Both the position numbers and the translations under genes were made by a program. The notes beneath the pieces are model-generated. The model saw only the letters and a list, made by a program, of their open reading frames with translations. It had not been told where the DNA came from and made no database searches. This document shows positions 19,163-27,272 of a stretch of DNA of 64,000 nucleotides, piece by piece; position 1 is the first letter of the stretch, and every line of letters begins with the position of its first letter. This stretch comes from an uncultured virus (IMG/VR IMGVR_UViG_3300011008_000093) (lineage: Duplodnaviria; Heunggongvirae; Uroviricota; Caudoviricetes): the IMG/VR virus record IMGVR_UViG_3300011008_000093, one strand, 5' to 3'.

Positions 19163-19774
19163 TCACTTGATCTGAACCGTTCTGGGAAGCTGAAGAATAT
19201 ATCCGTCGCGGACCCGGACAACTTTTGCATTGCGAATATCAGTCCAGCCATAATTATGCGCGGTATAATTTCGGCAGGTAATACCGGCAAGATCGTACAA
19301 ATCGGCTACAGATACCACGCTGTAAATATCAATCGCAGATTCCATCTGATCCAGGACCAAATCCGCGTCGCCTCTTGTTTCAAACAAAATATCATCGTAT
19401 TCAAAACCTACAGACGCTGCCAACCGTCCGTCGGATCGTCTGTTGTCCCGGTCATCGCGATAATACTTTTGATATGAGATTTTTGAGCCGCTGGATTTCC
19501 GACTTTGACCAAGGCGACCTGCTTCTCCAAACAGGATGATGGATACTACATCTGCAATCGCGTTTTTAATGCCTGGAATGATAACATCCATCAAAATATA
19601 ACTTTTTACGTTTTCTGTATCTTCCGGAACAAGAAAACTGGCAAACTTTTTTACTTCGCTTTTCTTTCGTGTTTTTGTTTCGCCGTTCACAACTTTTTCG
19701 AGCTTCCGCTCCGGCTGATCTGTTTTTTGCTGCTGCTCCCGGGCGCTGTATGAGTTATCCGGATAATTTGCCAT
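19163..19774 (-). CDS. Hypothetical phage protein
   Basis: SVADLYDLAG...YGWTD...GYILQLP. Confidence 0.75.
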   Translation of the reverse strand: MANYPDNSYSAREQQQKTDQPERKLEKVVNGETKTRKKSEVKKFASFLVPEDTENVKSYILMDVIIPGIKNAIADVVSIILFGEAGRLGQSRKSSGSKISYQKYYRDDRDNRRSDGRLAASVGFEYDDILFETRGDADLVLDQMESAIDIYSVVSVADLYDLAGITCRNYTAHNYGWTDIRNAKVVRVRDGYILQLPRTVQIK

Positions 19775-19849
19775 GCAAGATCCTCCTTTTCGAACATATT
19801 AAAAAGGAAGAGTATCTGTAATAGATACCCTCCTTTCAGGAACCATACG

Positions 19850-20137
19850 TTAATTGTCTAAGTCCTCATCAGACAACCTCTGTTCTTCCGGGTCAACGAT
19901 CGCCGCGTCGATAACGTTTTCGTTCCTCCTTTTAGCTTTCCTCTCCTTCAGCTTTTCGCCGACAACATGGATGCCCTTCTTAATGACCGTTACACTCGCA
20001 ACAGCCACAGAAGCAACAATCATGCCGGCAACGAACGCCGCGGTGTTATTGGATTCCGCAGGAGTCGTTTCAACAACATCGTTTTCGACGGCCTCAATCT
20101 CGTTTTCCTCATTCATTTTCACAGTCAGTTCTTCCAT
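19850..20137 (-). CDS. Acidic membrane-anchored protein (motif-headed)
   Basis: RBS aaggag before MEELTV; one TM segment. Confidence 0.65.
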   Translation of the reverse strand: MEELTVKMNEENEIEAVENDVVETTPAESNNTAAFVAGMIVASVAVASVTVIKKGIHVVGEKLKERKAKRRNENVIDAAIVDPEEQRLSDEDLDN

Positions 20138-20172
20138 GATAATTCTCCTTTTCAATTCATTTGGGATGGTTT

Positions 20173-20200
20173 CCCATAATACAGGCTGAATTTTCTGCGG
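20173..20200 (-). promoter_or_regulatory. CGC-N8-CAR-N4-TNTTA motif copy
   Basis: CCGCAGAAAATTCAGCCTGTATTATGGG. Confidence 0.65.
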
Positions 20201-20204
20201 ATGT

Positions 20205-20969
20205 TCAGCATTTGAGATATCGCGGCGGGTTGTTATGGCCCAAAACCAGGTAAGGAACGCCTTCAACCAGTAGAGAGGTAAAATATAAATCGATATAACC
20301 GTTGTCGATCCTCCAGCCAAGGGTTTCTCCAATGGATGCGTCCGTATCATCCAATCCAATCTCTTCAAAAAACTCGTTCAGAGTGATATAGTCCTCTTCC
20401 CGCAGTTTCTTGTTCAGATTATTTTCCGCTTTTCGTAAGGTTTCCATGTCTGAATCGAACTTTCGCTTAGTCAGATAATCATAACAAGGAACCTCTCCTT
20501 TTCCTGTATGAATCATGGGCATTGTCAGTGCATGCTCTGTTTCAAAGTGCTCTTTTGCAATAGAGTCCCGGATTTCTTGTTCCTTTTTGTTTCCGACGAC
20601 TTCTAATGTTTTCTTTTTATAATCCGTCAAGTCCTGAACGGAAATGGCATAGGCAGCAGCAAGCGCTGCATTTCGCCTCAGATTGATAGAACTTGCCCCA
20701 ACAATACAGGCTATGGAACAGACCCCTGTAACAGCAGAGGGAACATAGCATTTCCACGTTACGGCAATTACTTCTTTTTTGGTCAATCGATGATTGTCTT
20801 TGATCTCTTTTTCATCAATCAGCTGCAACGCTTTTGGTGTTGCTTTGACCGCTGTAACAGTCGCCGCAATCATCCCTGCAATCCCTAAACCGGTTAGGAT
20901 CTCAGGCGTATGCTCTTTAAAAATCTTTGGTACATGTCTGCACACATCTGCAAATAACTGTTTGTTCAA
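20205..20969 (-). CDS. DUF6353-like protein (paralogue 2)
   Basis: TPEILTGLGIAG..AVKATPKA...WKCYVP...TLNEFFEEIGL...LGW; TTG start after RBS. Confidence 0.75.
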   Translation of the reverse strand: MNKQLFADVCRHVPKIFKEHTPEILTGLGIAGMIAATVTAVKATPKALQLIDEKEIKDNHRLTKKEVIAVTWKCYVPSAVTGVCSIACIVGASSINLRRNAALAAAYAISVQDLTDYKKKTLEVVGNKKEQEIRDSIAKEHFETEHALTMPMIHTGKGEVPCYDYLTKRKFDSDMETLRKAENNLNKKLREEDYITLNEFFEEIGLDDTDASIGETLGWRIDNGYIDLYFTSLLVEGVPYLVLGHNNPPRYLKC

Positions 20970-21150
20970 ATCTTTTCTCCTTTCCAGAATTGTTATTCTG
21001 ATTCCATAGGGGCAAGCCATTCAAAAACCGATTAACCAGACTGATATGAGGCAAAATATAATCCGCAATGAAACCACCGATCAGCAGGACAGTCATAATA
21101 CCAAGCGTAATACCCAGAGTTATCAGACCCGAAGCCAACAAATCCCCCAT
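20917..21150 (-). CDS. Small membrane protein
   Basis: Hydrophobic N-terminal helix; RBS. Confidence 0.5.
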   Translation of the reverse strand: MGDLLASGLITLGITLGIMTVLLIGGFIADYILPHISLVNRFLNGLPLWNQNNNSGKEKRFEQTVICRCVQTCTKDF

Positions 21151-21440
21151 TAAACTTCAACCTCCTCGATCTCTTTTAAACATTCCAACAGTTCGGCTGC
21201 GGTATCGGCCGCTACGGTAAATATCAGTTTTTGAAGGGACGTGACGGCGGTAAATACATAGGAGCGAAATAGTAATTCTAAATTCCAGACTGTTTCCGAC
21301 GCCGGATCCCATGGATGATTCGATACTGCTTCAAATATCTCTGTAAGAGTCCAATGACGGAACGAGTTTTCTTCAGTGTATGGATAATTCTGATAAAAAT
21401 CTATGGAGTCAGCAACAAATGACAGAGCAGTGTCATTCAT
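21150..21440 (-). CDS. Hypothetical protein
   Basis: ATGA-coupled to its neighbour. Confidence 0.6.
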   Translation of the reverse strand: MNDTALSFVADSIDFYQNYPYTEENSFRHWTLTEIFEAVSNHPWDPASETVWNLELLFRSYVFTAVTSLQKLIFTVAADTAAELLECLKEIEEVEV

Positions 21441-21622
21441 GTCTCTTTTTTCAGCGCCCGGATTGCCATATTAAGAGCCTCAATTTCTTCCTCGATGGAT
21501 TTCAGATCCTCTTTATAGTGGAGCTCATATTCTTCATCGTCCCTGCTTATGAAATAATCTTCTGCGTAAGTAGCCTGAAGAAGATACCTTTCTAAAATAC
21601 CAATTGCTTTTTGTTTTGTCAT
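21437..21622 (-). CDS. Hypothetical protein
   Basis: MT...AI..L...EALNMAIRAL pattern; ATGA overlaps. Confidence 0.6.
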   Translation of the reverse strand: MTKQKAIGILERYLLQATYAEDYFISRDDEEYELHYKEDLKSIEEEIEALNMAIRALKKET

Positions 21623-21849
21623 TTCGTTTCTTCTCCTTTTTCCTCCGCGTCATTCCGATCCATACAATGTTTTTCTTTATAATAATCATAATAAGACCTA
21701 TACGAGGTATAATTACGGGAACGTTCATTACGTTTCATACTATCGTTAGCAGCATAGCCTAGAAGCGCACCAACTAAAAAACTTCCAACCGTTACAATGG
21801 AGCCACTGATAAAACCAAAACCAAACTTCATGTTTTTCTCCTTTCGCAC
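21619..21849 (-). CDS. Small membrane protein
   Basis: RBS; one TM segment. Confidence 0.55.
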   Translation of the reverse strand: MRKEKNMKFGFGFISGSIVTVGSFLVGALLGYAANDSMKRNERSRNYTSYRSYYDYYKEKHCMDRNDAEEKGEETK

Positions 21850-21871
21850 TTAAAAAAACAAAGAGTCCCGG

Positions 21872-22051
21872 TCAGGACTCTTCGCTTTCTTCCTCTTCTT
21901 CATTGGTGGTAAGTCTTTTATCAATTTTTTCATCAATCAGCCTGTCCAGTTCCTTGTCATCTGCCCAGGAAGACAGCAGTGTACCTACCGCTCCAAGAGC
22001 CATACCCACAAGGGATAACAGTTTAAAGATGTTTTCTTTTTTCACAAGCAT
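21872..22051 (-). CDS. Small membrane protein (motif-headed)
   Basis: One TM segment, acidic tail, RBS ggagg. Confidence 0.6.
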   Translation of the reverse strand: MLVKKENIFKLLSLVGMALGAVGTLLSSWADDKELDRLIDEKIDKRLTTNEEEEESEES

Positions 22052-22057
22052 TACCTC

Positions 22058-22087
22058 CTCCATAATATAAGTTGCGAATTCTGCGAA
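22058..22087 (-). promoter_or_regulatory. CGC-N8-CAR-N4-TNTTA motif copy
   Basis: TCGCAGAATTCGCAACTTATATTATGGAG. Confidence 0.65.
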
Positions 22088-22089
22088 TA

Positions 22090-22887
22090 TCAGTCTTCTA
22101 TCGGTTCCATCGTCGGTGGATAAAGCATCTCAATTACCCAACATTCAATAGGCTCACGATCCGGACCGTCATCGACCAGATGTTTTGTATGGGTAAAATC
22201 AATGAAATAATAATTCTCACATACAAACCAATTAAGCCCTTTTAGATCATCCGGCGTTTCAATACCAAGAGCATCATAGAACGTCTCTATGGAAGTTTCA
22301 CCGCCGTTGTTCGCGAATACTCGGTTGGTATGAATTTCTGCCAGAAGAACATCAGCAAAACTTGCATCAAAATATTGTCTGGAGAAAGTATCATAGAACA
22401 GATGCTTTTCGCCGTTTTCATCTTCAAAATCGGTTCTTTGACCGGATGTCGTATCGTAATACGCTGATGGTTCCGGATGTTGGACTAAAATATCATTCAC
22501 GACTCGGTCATAACCGTCTTTTCCAAAGACGTTCTTAACCGATTTTTTATATTCCCGAATTGAACGTTCCAGAAATGCGCAGGTTGCAACCAAAGATGCT
22601 TGCTGATGACGATTCAAAAGATTAGAGCCAAAAATGCACCCGATTGTAGCCATTCCAGCGATTCCTGCCGGGGTGTAGGTCCTCCAGGAAGCTGCTATCG
22701 TCTCCAGAGGGGTAATTTCTTCACCTTTTTCAGCCATTTTTGCTTCTTTTGCCGCATTTACCCGGTCTAATGCCTTTGGTGCTGCTCTTGCAGTCAGAAC
22801 TCCCGTGACTACAACACCGGCTGCTCCAACGCAGGAAAGAATGGTTGGTACGGCGTTTTTCAGAGATTTCAAAAATCTTTGCTGCAT
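22090..22887 (-). CDS. DUF6353-like protein (paralogue 3)
   Basis: PTILSCVGAAG..TARAAPKA...WRTYTPA...LFYDTFSRQYF...FYDALGI. Confidence 0.72.
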   Translation of the reverse strand: MQQRFLKSLKNAVPTILSCVGAAGVVVTGVLTARAAPKALDRVNAAKEAKMAEKGEEITPLETIAASWRTYTPAGIAGMATIGCIFGSNLLNRHQQASLVATCAFLERSIREYKKSVKNVFGKDGYDRVVNDILVQHPEPSAYYDTTSGQRTDFEDENGEKHLFYDTFSRQYFDASFADVLLAEIHTNRVFANNGGETSIETFYDALGIETPDDLKGLNWFVCENYYFIDFTHTKHLVDDGPDREPIECWVIEMLYPPTMEPIED

Positions 22888-23043
22888 CTAGAATCTCCCT
22901 TCTCTCGTCTAAGTATCCTTAATTCTGTCACTAAGTCTTCCAATATGTTTGCAATCCGGGTCAGCGCAAAAGAAATACCTACCAGTGCAACGACAATACC
23001 CAAAACGACTCCCGCCATATTGTTTCTCCTTTCCATACTTTGG

Positions 23044-23283
23044 TTATGCATACCATTTCGGGGTATTTATAAAAATATCAATGCCTGCCGTATAACCAAG
23101 TTTATCAAGTGTATCACGCATCAGACAATCCATGTAATAATGACAAAGTTCCTCGTCATACTCGTCATCCTCATATCTCTTAGCAATAGCTTTCATGGCC
23201 TGCTCAAATTCATCTGGAGTCATAAAGTCATTCTTTTCTTCCATTTTTGCTTTTTTCCCTTCCTCTTTCCAAATAATATTCAA
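23044..23283 (-). CDS. Hypothetical protein
   Basis: MTPDEF...H..MD.LM...L..LGY..G...F....KWYA. Confidence 0.6.
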   Translation of the reverse strand: MNIIWKEEGKKAKMEEKNDFMTPDEFEQAMKAIAKRYEDDEYDEELCHYYMDCLMRDTLDKLGYTAGIDIFINTPKWYA

Positions 23284-23904
23284 TTAAATATACAGATACT
23301 TATTGCTGCTTTCACAAAAATACGTTGTGCCATAAGGATATAAATAATAGGTTCGGTAAACCGAACCCTGAGAAAAGTTTGCCTGAAATACCACGGAACC
23401 AGGCATATCGTCCCGCCCCTCCAGAACCGCCAAAGCTGCTTCCACGCATTCTCGACGTGGTATCAACGTGTTGATAGCCCCGCAAATTGCCGGATAATAC
23501 TGACCGGCCTGAAATATCACATCGTGAATGGTGTTCGGGAACTCCGGGGAGGCTACCCGATGCATAACTACTTCGCCAACATCCATTCGCCACTCCTGGG
23601 AAATTCCGTCCGAACCCGCTTCTCCCTGGATCAGTCTCGACAACAGGTCCAGTTCGTCATAGTTGATCGGAATATAATTCAGACCATTCTCAAGAATCTT
23701 ATTATTTCGCATTTCTTCAGCCCAGTGGCCGGTTTCAAAATTCCGATTCACCACAGAATCGATCATAATTTCCATATAATTTACGTCATCCGGACTGTCT
23801 GCAAATACTGTGGAAGAACACAAATAAATCACACACAGCGCCAAAATGAAAGACAAAACCCCGAGGACAACCTTAGTGAAAGTATCATAGTAATGTTTTT
23901 TCAT
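23284..23904 (-). CDS. SleB-like cell wall hydrolase (Hydrolase_2)
   Basis: N-terminal TM/signal; LSRLIQGEAG, VGEVVMHRV..PEFPNTIHDVIFQAGQY. Confidence 0.85.
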   Translation of the reverse strand: MKKHYYDTFTKVVLGVLSFILALCVIYLCSSTVFADSPDDVNYMEIMIDSVVNRNFETGHWAEEMRNNKILENGLNYIPINYDELDLLSRLIQGEAGSDGISQEWRMDVGEVVMHRVASPEFPNTIHDVIFQAGQYYPAICGAINTLIPRRECVEAALAVLEGRDDMPGSVVFQANFSQGSVYRTYYLYPYGTTYFCESSNKYLYI

Positions 23905-24884
23905 ACTGCAATTTTCTCCTCATACATTTGCTCCAAATTAATACCATACCGTTCCTTCAGCACGGTCTCCAGCTCGCTGAAGGATTTCCGCCCAAAATTC
24001 CGAAATCGAAACAGGCCGTTAGGACCTTGTTCTGCAATAAAATCCAAAATATCTTTAACTGTGTAAAGGTCGGCACGCCGTAAACAGTTATCAGTCCGAA
24101 CAGACAAGTTCAACTCTTCAATCGGAATGGATACGTTACGAAAGCTTTGAACTGTTGTGGCTGTTTCTCGCTTTAAATTAGCCAGAATATCAGTCTGTTT
24201 TTCGATTTGTGCCTGTAGTTGATTCAGTTTTTCTGTCATTTCCTCAAGAGTTTTTCCCTCTTTCAAGAGACAGACTTTGGATGGATGACGCAGTTTTCTA
24301 ATCGCCTTTGCCTCAATCTGACGGATTCGCTCTCGGGTAACACGAAACTGCGCCGCAATTTCGTTCAATGTACAGCAGTCACGAAAATGAGCGTAGACAA
24401 CGAATTGCTCTCGGTCCGTCAAAGTCCGAATCATGGACTCCAGTGCAGCTTCTTTGTCCGGCGTGATGATCCAGTCGATTGGCTCCTGGCAGATCCATCC
24501 CACCAGATTGTATGGCCATGGAGACTCATAATCATCCCCGATAACATGTCTAAGGCCTTTATCTGCAAACACCGCTTTCTGCAGCGCGTCTTCATGAGCC
24601 GAACGCCGAAGTTTTTGGAACGTGGAATGATAATCCCGAAGGATATCTTCCGCAGTCTGTTGATCGCACCGTCCAAATATAAAGTCCAAAGGAACAGCAA
24701 AGAAATCGGCAAAAGCAATTATCGTATCCAGACTCGGATTTACTCTTCCCATCAAATAACCAGTAATGTTTGACGCGCTCATGTTCAAACAGTCCGCAAG
24801 TCTGCGTGGACCGATTTGAGCCTCTTCCATAAGGGCTTTCAAAGGCTCGGGATTGAAACGAAAAATATTTTGTTTTCTTGCCAT
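23901..24884 (-). CDS. XRE HTH - sigma70 region 4 - RNAP alpha-CTD fusion protein
   Basis: XRE helix set ending PSLDTIIAFADFFAVPLDFIFGR; LTDREQ...TLNEIA..F.VTRERIRQIEAKAIRKLRHP; IEELNLSVRTDNCLRRA...RNFGRKS. Confidence 0.85.
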   Translation of the reverse strand: MARKQNIFRFNPEPLKALMEEAQIGPRRLADCLNMSASNITGYLMGRVNPSLDTIIAFADFFAVPLDFIFGRCDQQTAEDILRDYHSTFQKLRRSAHEDALQKAVFADKGLRHVIGDDYESPWPYNLVGWICQEPIDWIITPDKEAALESMIRTLTDREQFVVYAHFRDCCTLNEIAAQFRVTRERIRQIEAKAIRKLRHPSKVCLLKEGKTLEEMTEKLNQLQAQIEKQTDILANLKRETATTVQSFRNVSIPIEELNLSVRTDNCLRRADLYTVKDILDFIAEQGPNGLFRFRNFGRKSFSELETVLKERYGINLEQMYEEKIAV

Positions 24885-24895
24885 GGTATCCTCCT

Positions 24896-25084
24896 TTACA
24901 CATCCAATTGATCTTGCCCCAGTTCCTTGATAATCGCCAAAATATCATTCTGACATTGCGAATACCCTTTGAACCAGACCATTAACCCGTTTACATCCAG
25001 TTCCCACGGAATCTCTTCTTCAACCAGCTTCCGATTCACAATCCTATTGACCAAATGGTCCAAGCCGATTTTTGTAAACGCCAT
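24896..25084 (-). CDS. Hypothetical protein
   Basis: RBS ggagg; packed ORF. Confidence 0.55.
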   Translation of the reverse strand: MAFTKIGLDHLVNRIVNRKLVEEEIPWELDVNGLMVWFKGYSQCQNDILAIIKELGQDQLDV

Positions 25085-25087
25085 AGT

Positions 25088-25195
25088 TCATACCTCCATT
25101 CTGCCTTCACAAGCCCTCATCGAAGTTTTTTCCACTTCAAAACGATGGACCCAATAACAAGCATAGGGGCTACAATATTCATCATATCGCACCAT
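25088..25195 (-). CDS. 35-aa ORF ending in a HEAT-repeat remnant (MRACEGRMEV)
   Basis: Hand translation; TAATG-coupled to the upstream gene. Confidence 0.4.
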   Translation of the reverse strand: MVRYDEYCSPYACYWVHRFEVEKTSMRACEGRMEV

Positions 25196-25557
25196 TATGC
25201 ATCACCATCCTTCCGCTCCCCGTCTGCACAGAACCAATTATCATCTTCCGCACATCTTCCAAGTGCAAACAAGTCCCCGGTATCTAATTCGCACATCGCC
25301 TTTATATTTAAATATCCTTTTTTTCCGTAGTTTTTGTTTACAATTCTATATTTACACTCCCCGCAACGTACCACAGGCACGGCGTCAATGGTTGGAGCGC
25401 ACGTGAGATACTGCATACAGTTCTGTTTGCAGTCCTTGTCTCTCTGTATGTGGTCTCGCTCAACTCCTACAAGGTCCATGCAATCAAGTGCCCTGTTATC
25501 GATTTCAATGTCATACTCTAAGTCCTTCGCAAGCGCATCAGCATCAATCAGCCGCAT
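25195..25557 (-). CDS. Zn-finger paralogue (MRLIDAD...APTIDAVPVVRCxxC)
   Basis: Family motif. Confidence 0.75.
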   Translation of the reverse strand: MRLIDADALAKDLEYDIEIDNRALDCMDLVGVERDHIQRDKDCKQNCMQYLTCAPTIDAVPVVRCGECKYRIVNKNYGKKGYLNIKAMCELDTGDLFALGRCAEDDNWFCADGERKDGDA

Positions 25558-25710
25558 TGTGTTCCTCCTCTCCAGTTACGTCCAAGCTCCCTTGCCTTAA
25601 TTGTCCCGACAAAGAGATGGTTATCTTCATCTATGTCAGCTTTCAGCTTGACAAAAGCATCAAGTGCTTTTTGAATTTCCATTATCGAATCGCCCCATTT
25701 TTTTTGTAAG

Positions 25711-25968
25711 TCATTTTCTGTCTCCTTTTTCCTCCTCCGGTGGTTCCCGCTGAATCGCAATCGAAAGAGTTGGCTCGTTGTAATACTCCTCCATGAGGGC
25801 TTTGAGAAATATCACAGCATCGCCGATTGACATTCTTTGGCCCACGCACATTCTTTCAAGCCAAACGCTATATGTATCACATCCCATTGGTTTCCTCCTT
25901 CGGCGGCTTGCGCGGCTTGCAAAACATCCTATCAAAAACCGTGATATATCCCGGCCCACCTGTCGCAC
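25711..25968 (-). CDS. Hypothetical protein (start probably at MGCDT)
   Basis: RBS aaggagg upstream of the internal ATG. Confidence 0.5.
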   Translation of the reverse strand: MRQVGRDISRFLIGCFASRASRRRRKPMGCDTYSVWLERMCVGQRMSIGDAVIFLKALMEEYYNEPTLSIAIQREPPEEEKGDRK

Positions 25969-26169
25969 ATTTCTTTGACTGGCAGGTGTTATTTTCCTTG
26001 TGATAGTAGATGCACTCCTTGCAAGGCTTTCTCATTGGTTTTTCACCTTCGGTGGTTCTGGAAGCGGCATCCAGTGGGTGACATAGAGATCTTCATAATA
26101 TCCTGCCTCTGAATCATACCCGTACCAACCGCCACGCTTGTTTGCATCTCCATGCTCCGCACGATTACG

Positions 26170-26625
26170 TTAGCCATCCACGTCACCCGCTTTCATTCTG
26201 TCTTCCCAAATGCAAAGTGCATTGTCTATAATGCTGATTTCCAACTCGTCATGTGGTCCGAGGTCGATATAGCCGCCGTTAAGCTGATTACGGATGTTTT
26301 TAAGGGCATCCCGGATTGAGCAAGTATCCTTGTCCACTTCCTCTTTACGCTGGCCCCGTGAACAATAGTCATCCTTGGTTCTGTATCTGATTCCCGATTC
26401 TCCCGTTAGGCATCGTGCAAGCCCCTCACAGGAAACTCTTTCTTTGTTCCAGAATATACACTCCCGACACCGCACCACAGGGACGGCATCAATGGTAGGA
26501 GCCACATTTAGCCTGTTTACGAACGAAATTGCACTTGGCACAGTATCTTGCATATCTGCCGTTGGAATTATCCCGATTTCGTCTATGATCTGGTCTTTCA
26601 ACTCATCAACATCAATTAGCCTCAT
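26170..26625 (-). CDS. Zn-finger paralogue
   Basis: MRLIDVD...APTIDAVPVVRCREC...DDYCSRG. Confidence 0.75.
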   Translation of the reverse strand: MRLIDVDELKDQIIDEIGIIPTADMQDTVPSAISFVNRLNVAPTIDAVPVVRCRECIFWNKERVSCEGLARCLTGESGIRYRTKDDYCSRGQRKEEVDKDTCSIRDALKNIRNQLNGGYIDLGPHDELEISIIDNALCIWEDRMKAGDVDG

Positions 26626-26938
26626 TGTGTTCCTCCTCTCTGCGCCCGTCCATGCGAGCGCCGCAGTTGGGGCAGTAGTTAAATTCGGCTAGCCTCACAA
26701 CGCAAAAGGAACATTCGCTACACGACATAAACGATTTCCCAAACTCTATTTGCCACTCCCCATGCACCACCTCCACCGCGTCCACGGCGGGGATGGAATC
26801 AATTTCATCGATGGCTTCATATGCATCGATCAGCGTCATGCCGCCCTCTTCGTTCCCCCACATTTTACCGTCAACACATTGGGCCTCTACGCTAGCCATT
26901 GCGTCTTTCCGCCGGATCAGATCATCCATCCCGCTCAT
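26612..26938 (-). CDS. Zn-finger paralogue
   Basis: DLIRR...PAVDAVEVVHGEW...CSEC...YCPNCGARM. Confidence 0.75.
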   Translation of the reverse strand: MSGMDDLIRRKDAMASVEAQCVDGKMWGNEEGGMTLIDAYEAIDEIDSIPAVDAVEVVHGEWQIEFGKSFMSCSECSFCVVRLAEFNYCPNCGARMDGRREEEHNEAN

Positions 26939-27272
26939 GCCCCGCCTCCTCTCTGCGCTGGCCGTTCGAGCAGTAGCCATCACCATCGACAAAAATCATT
27001 CCGTCATCACTAGTTGGATGTACATGGTCAAAACCCGCAAAGCAAACCAGAACGCCGTCACAAGCTACGGATTCATCACGAAATGCCTTATTCGGCTGTC
27101 TGCTATATCGGCACTTTCGGCAACGAACCACAGGGACGGCATCAATGGTTGGAGCGTTTTCGACAACAGCTTCTATCGCGGTGTTCCATCCGACCATGTA
27201 ACTCCATTCTTCTTCGCCTGCCACGTCAACAAACCTATGAGCAAGCAATTCATCTGCATCAATCAGCCGCAT
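26922..27272 (-). CDS. Zn-finger paralogue
   Basis: MRLIDAD...APTIDAVPVVRCRKC...GYCSNGQR. Confidence 0.75.
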   Translation of the reverse strand: MRLIDADELLAHRFVDVAGEEEWSYMVGWNTAIEAVVENAPTIDAVPVVRCRKCRYSRQPNKAFRDESVACDGVLVCFAGFDHVHPTSDDGMIFVDGDGYCSNGQRREEAGHERDG

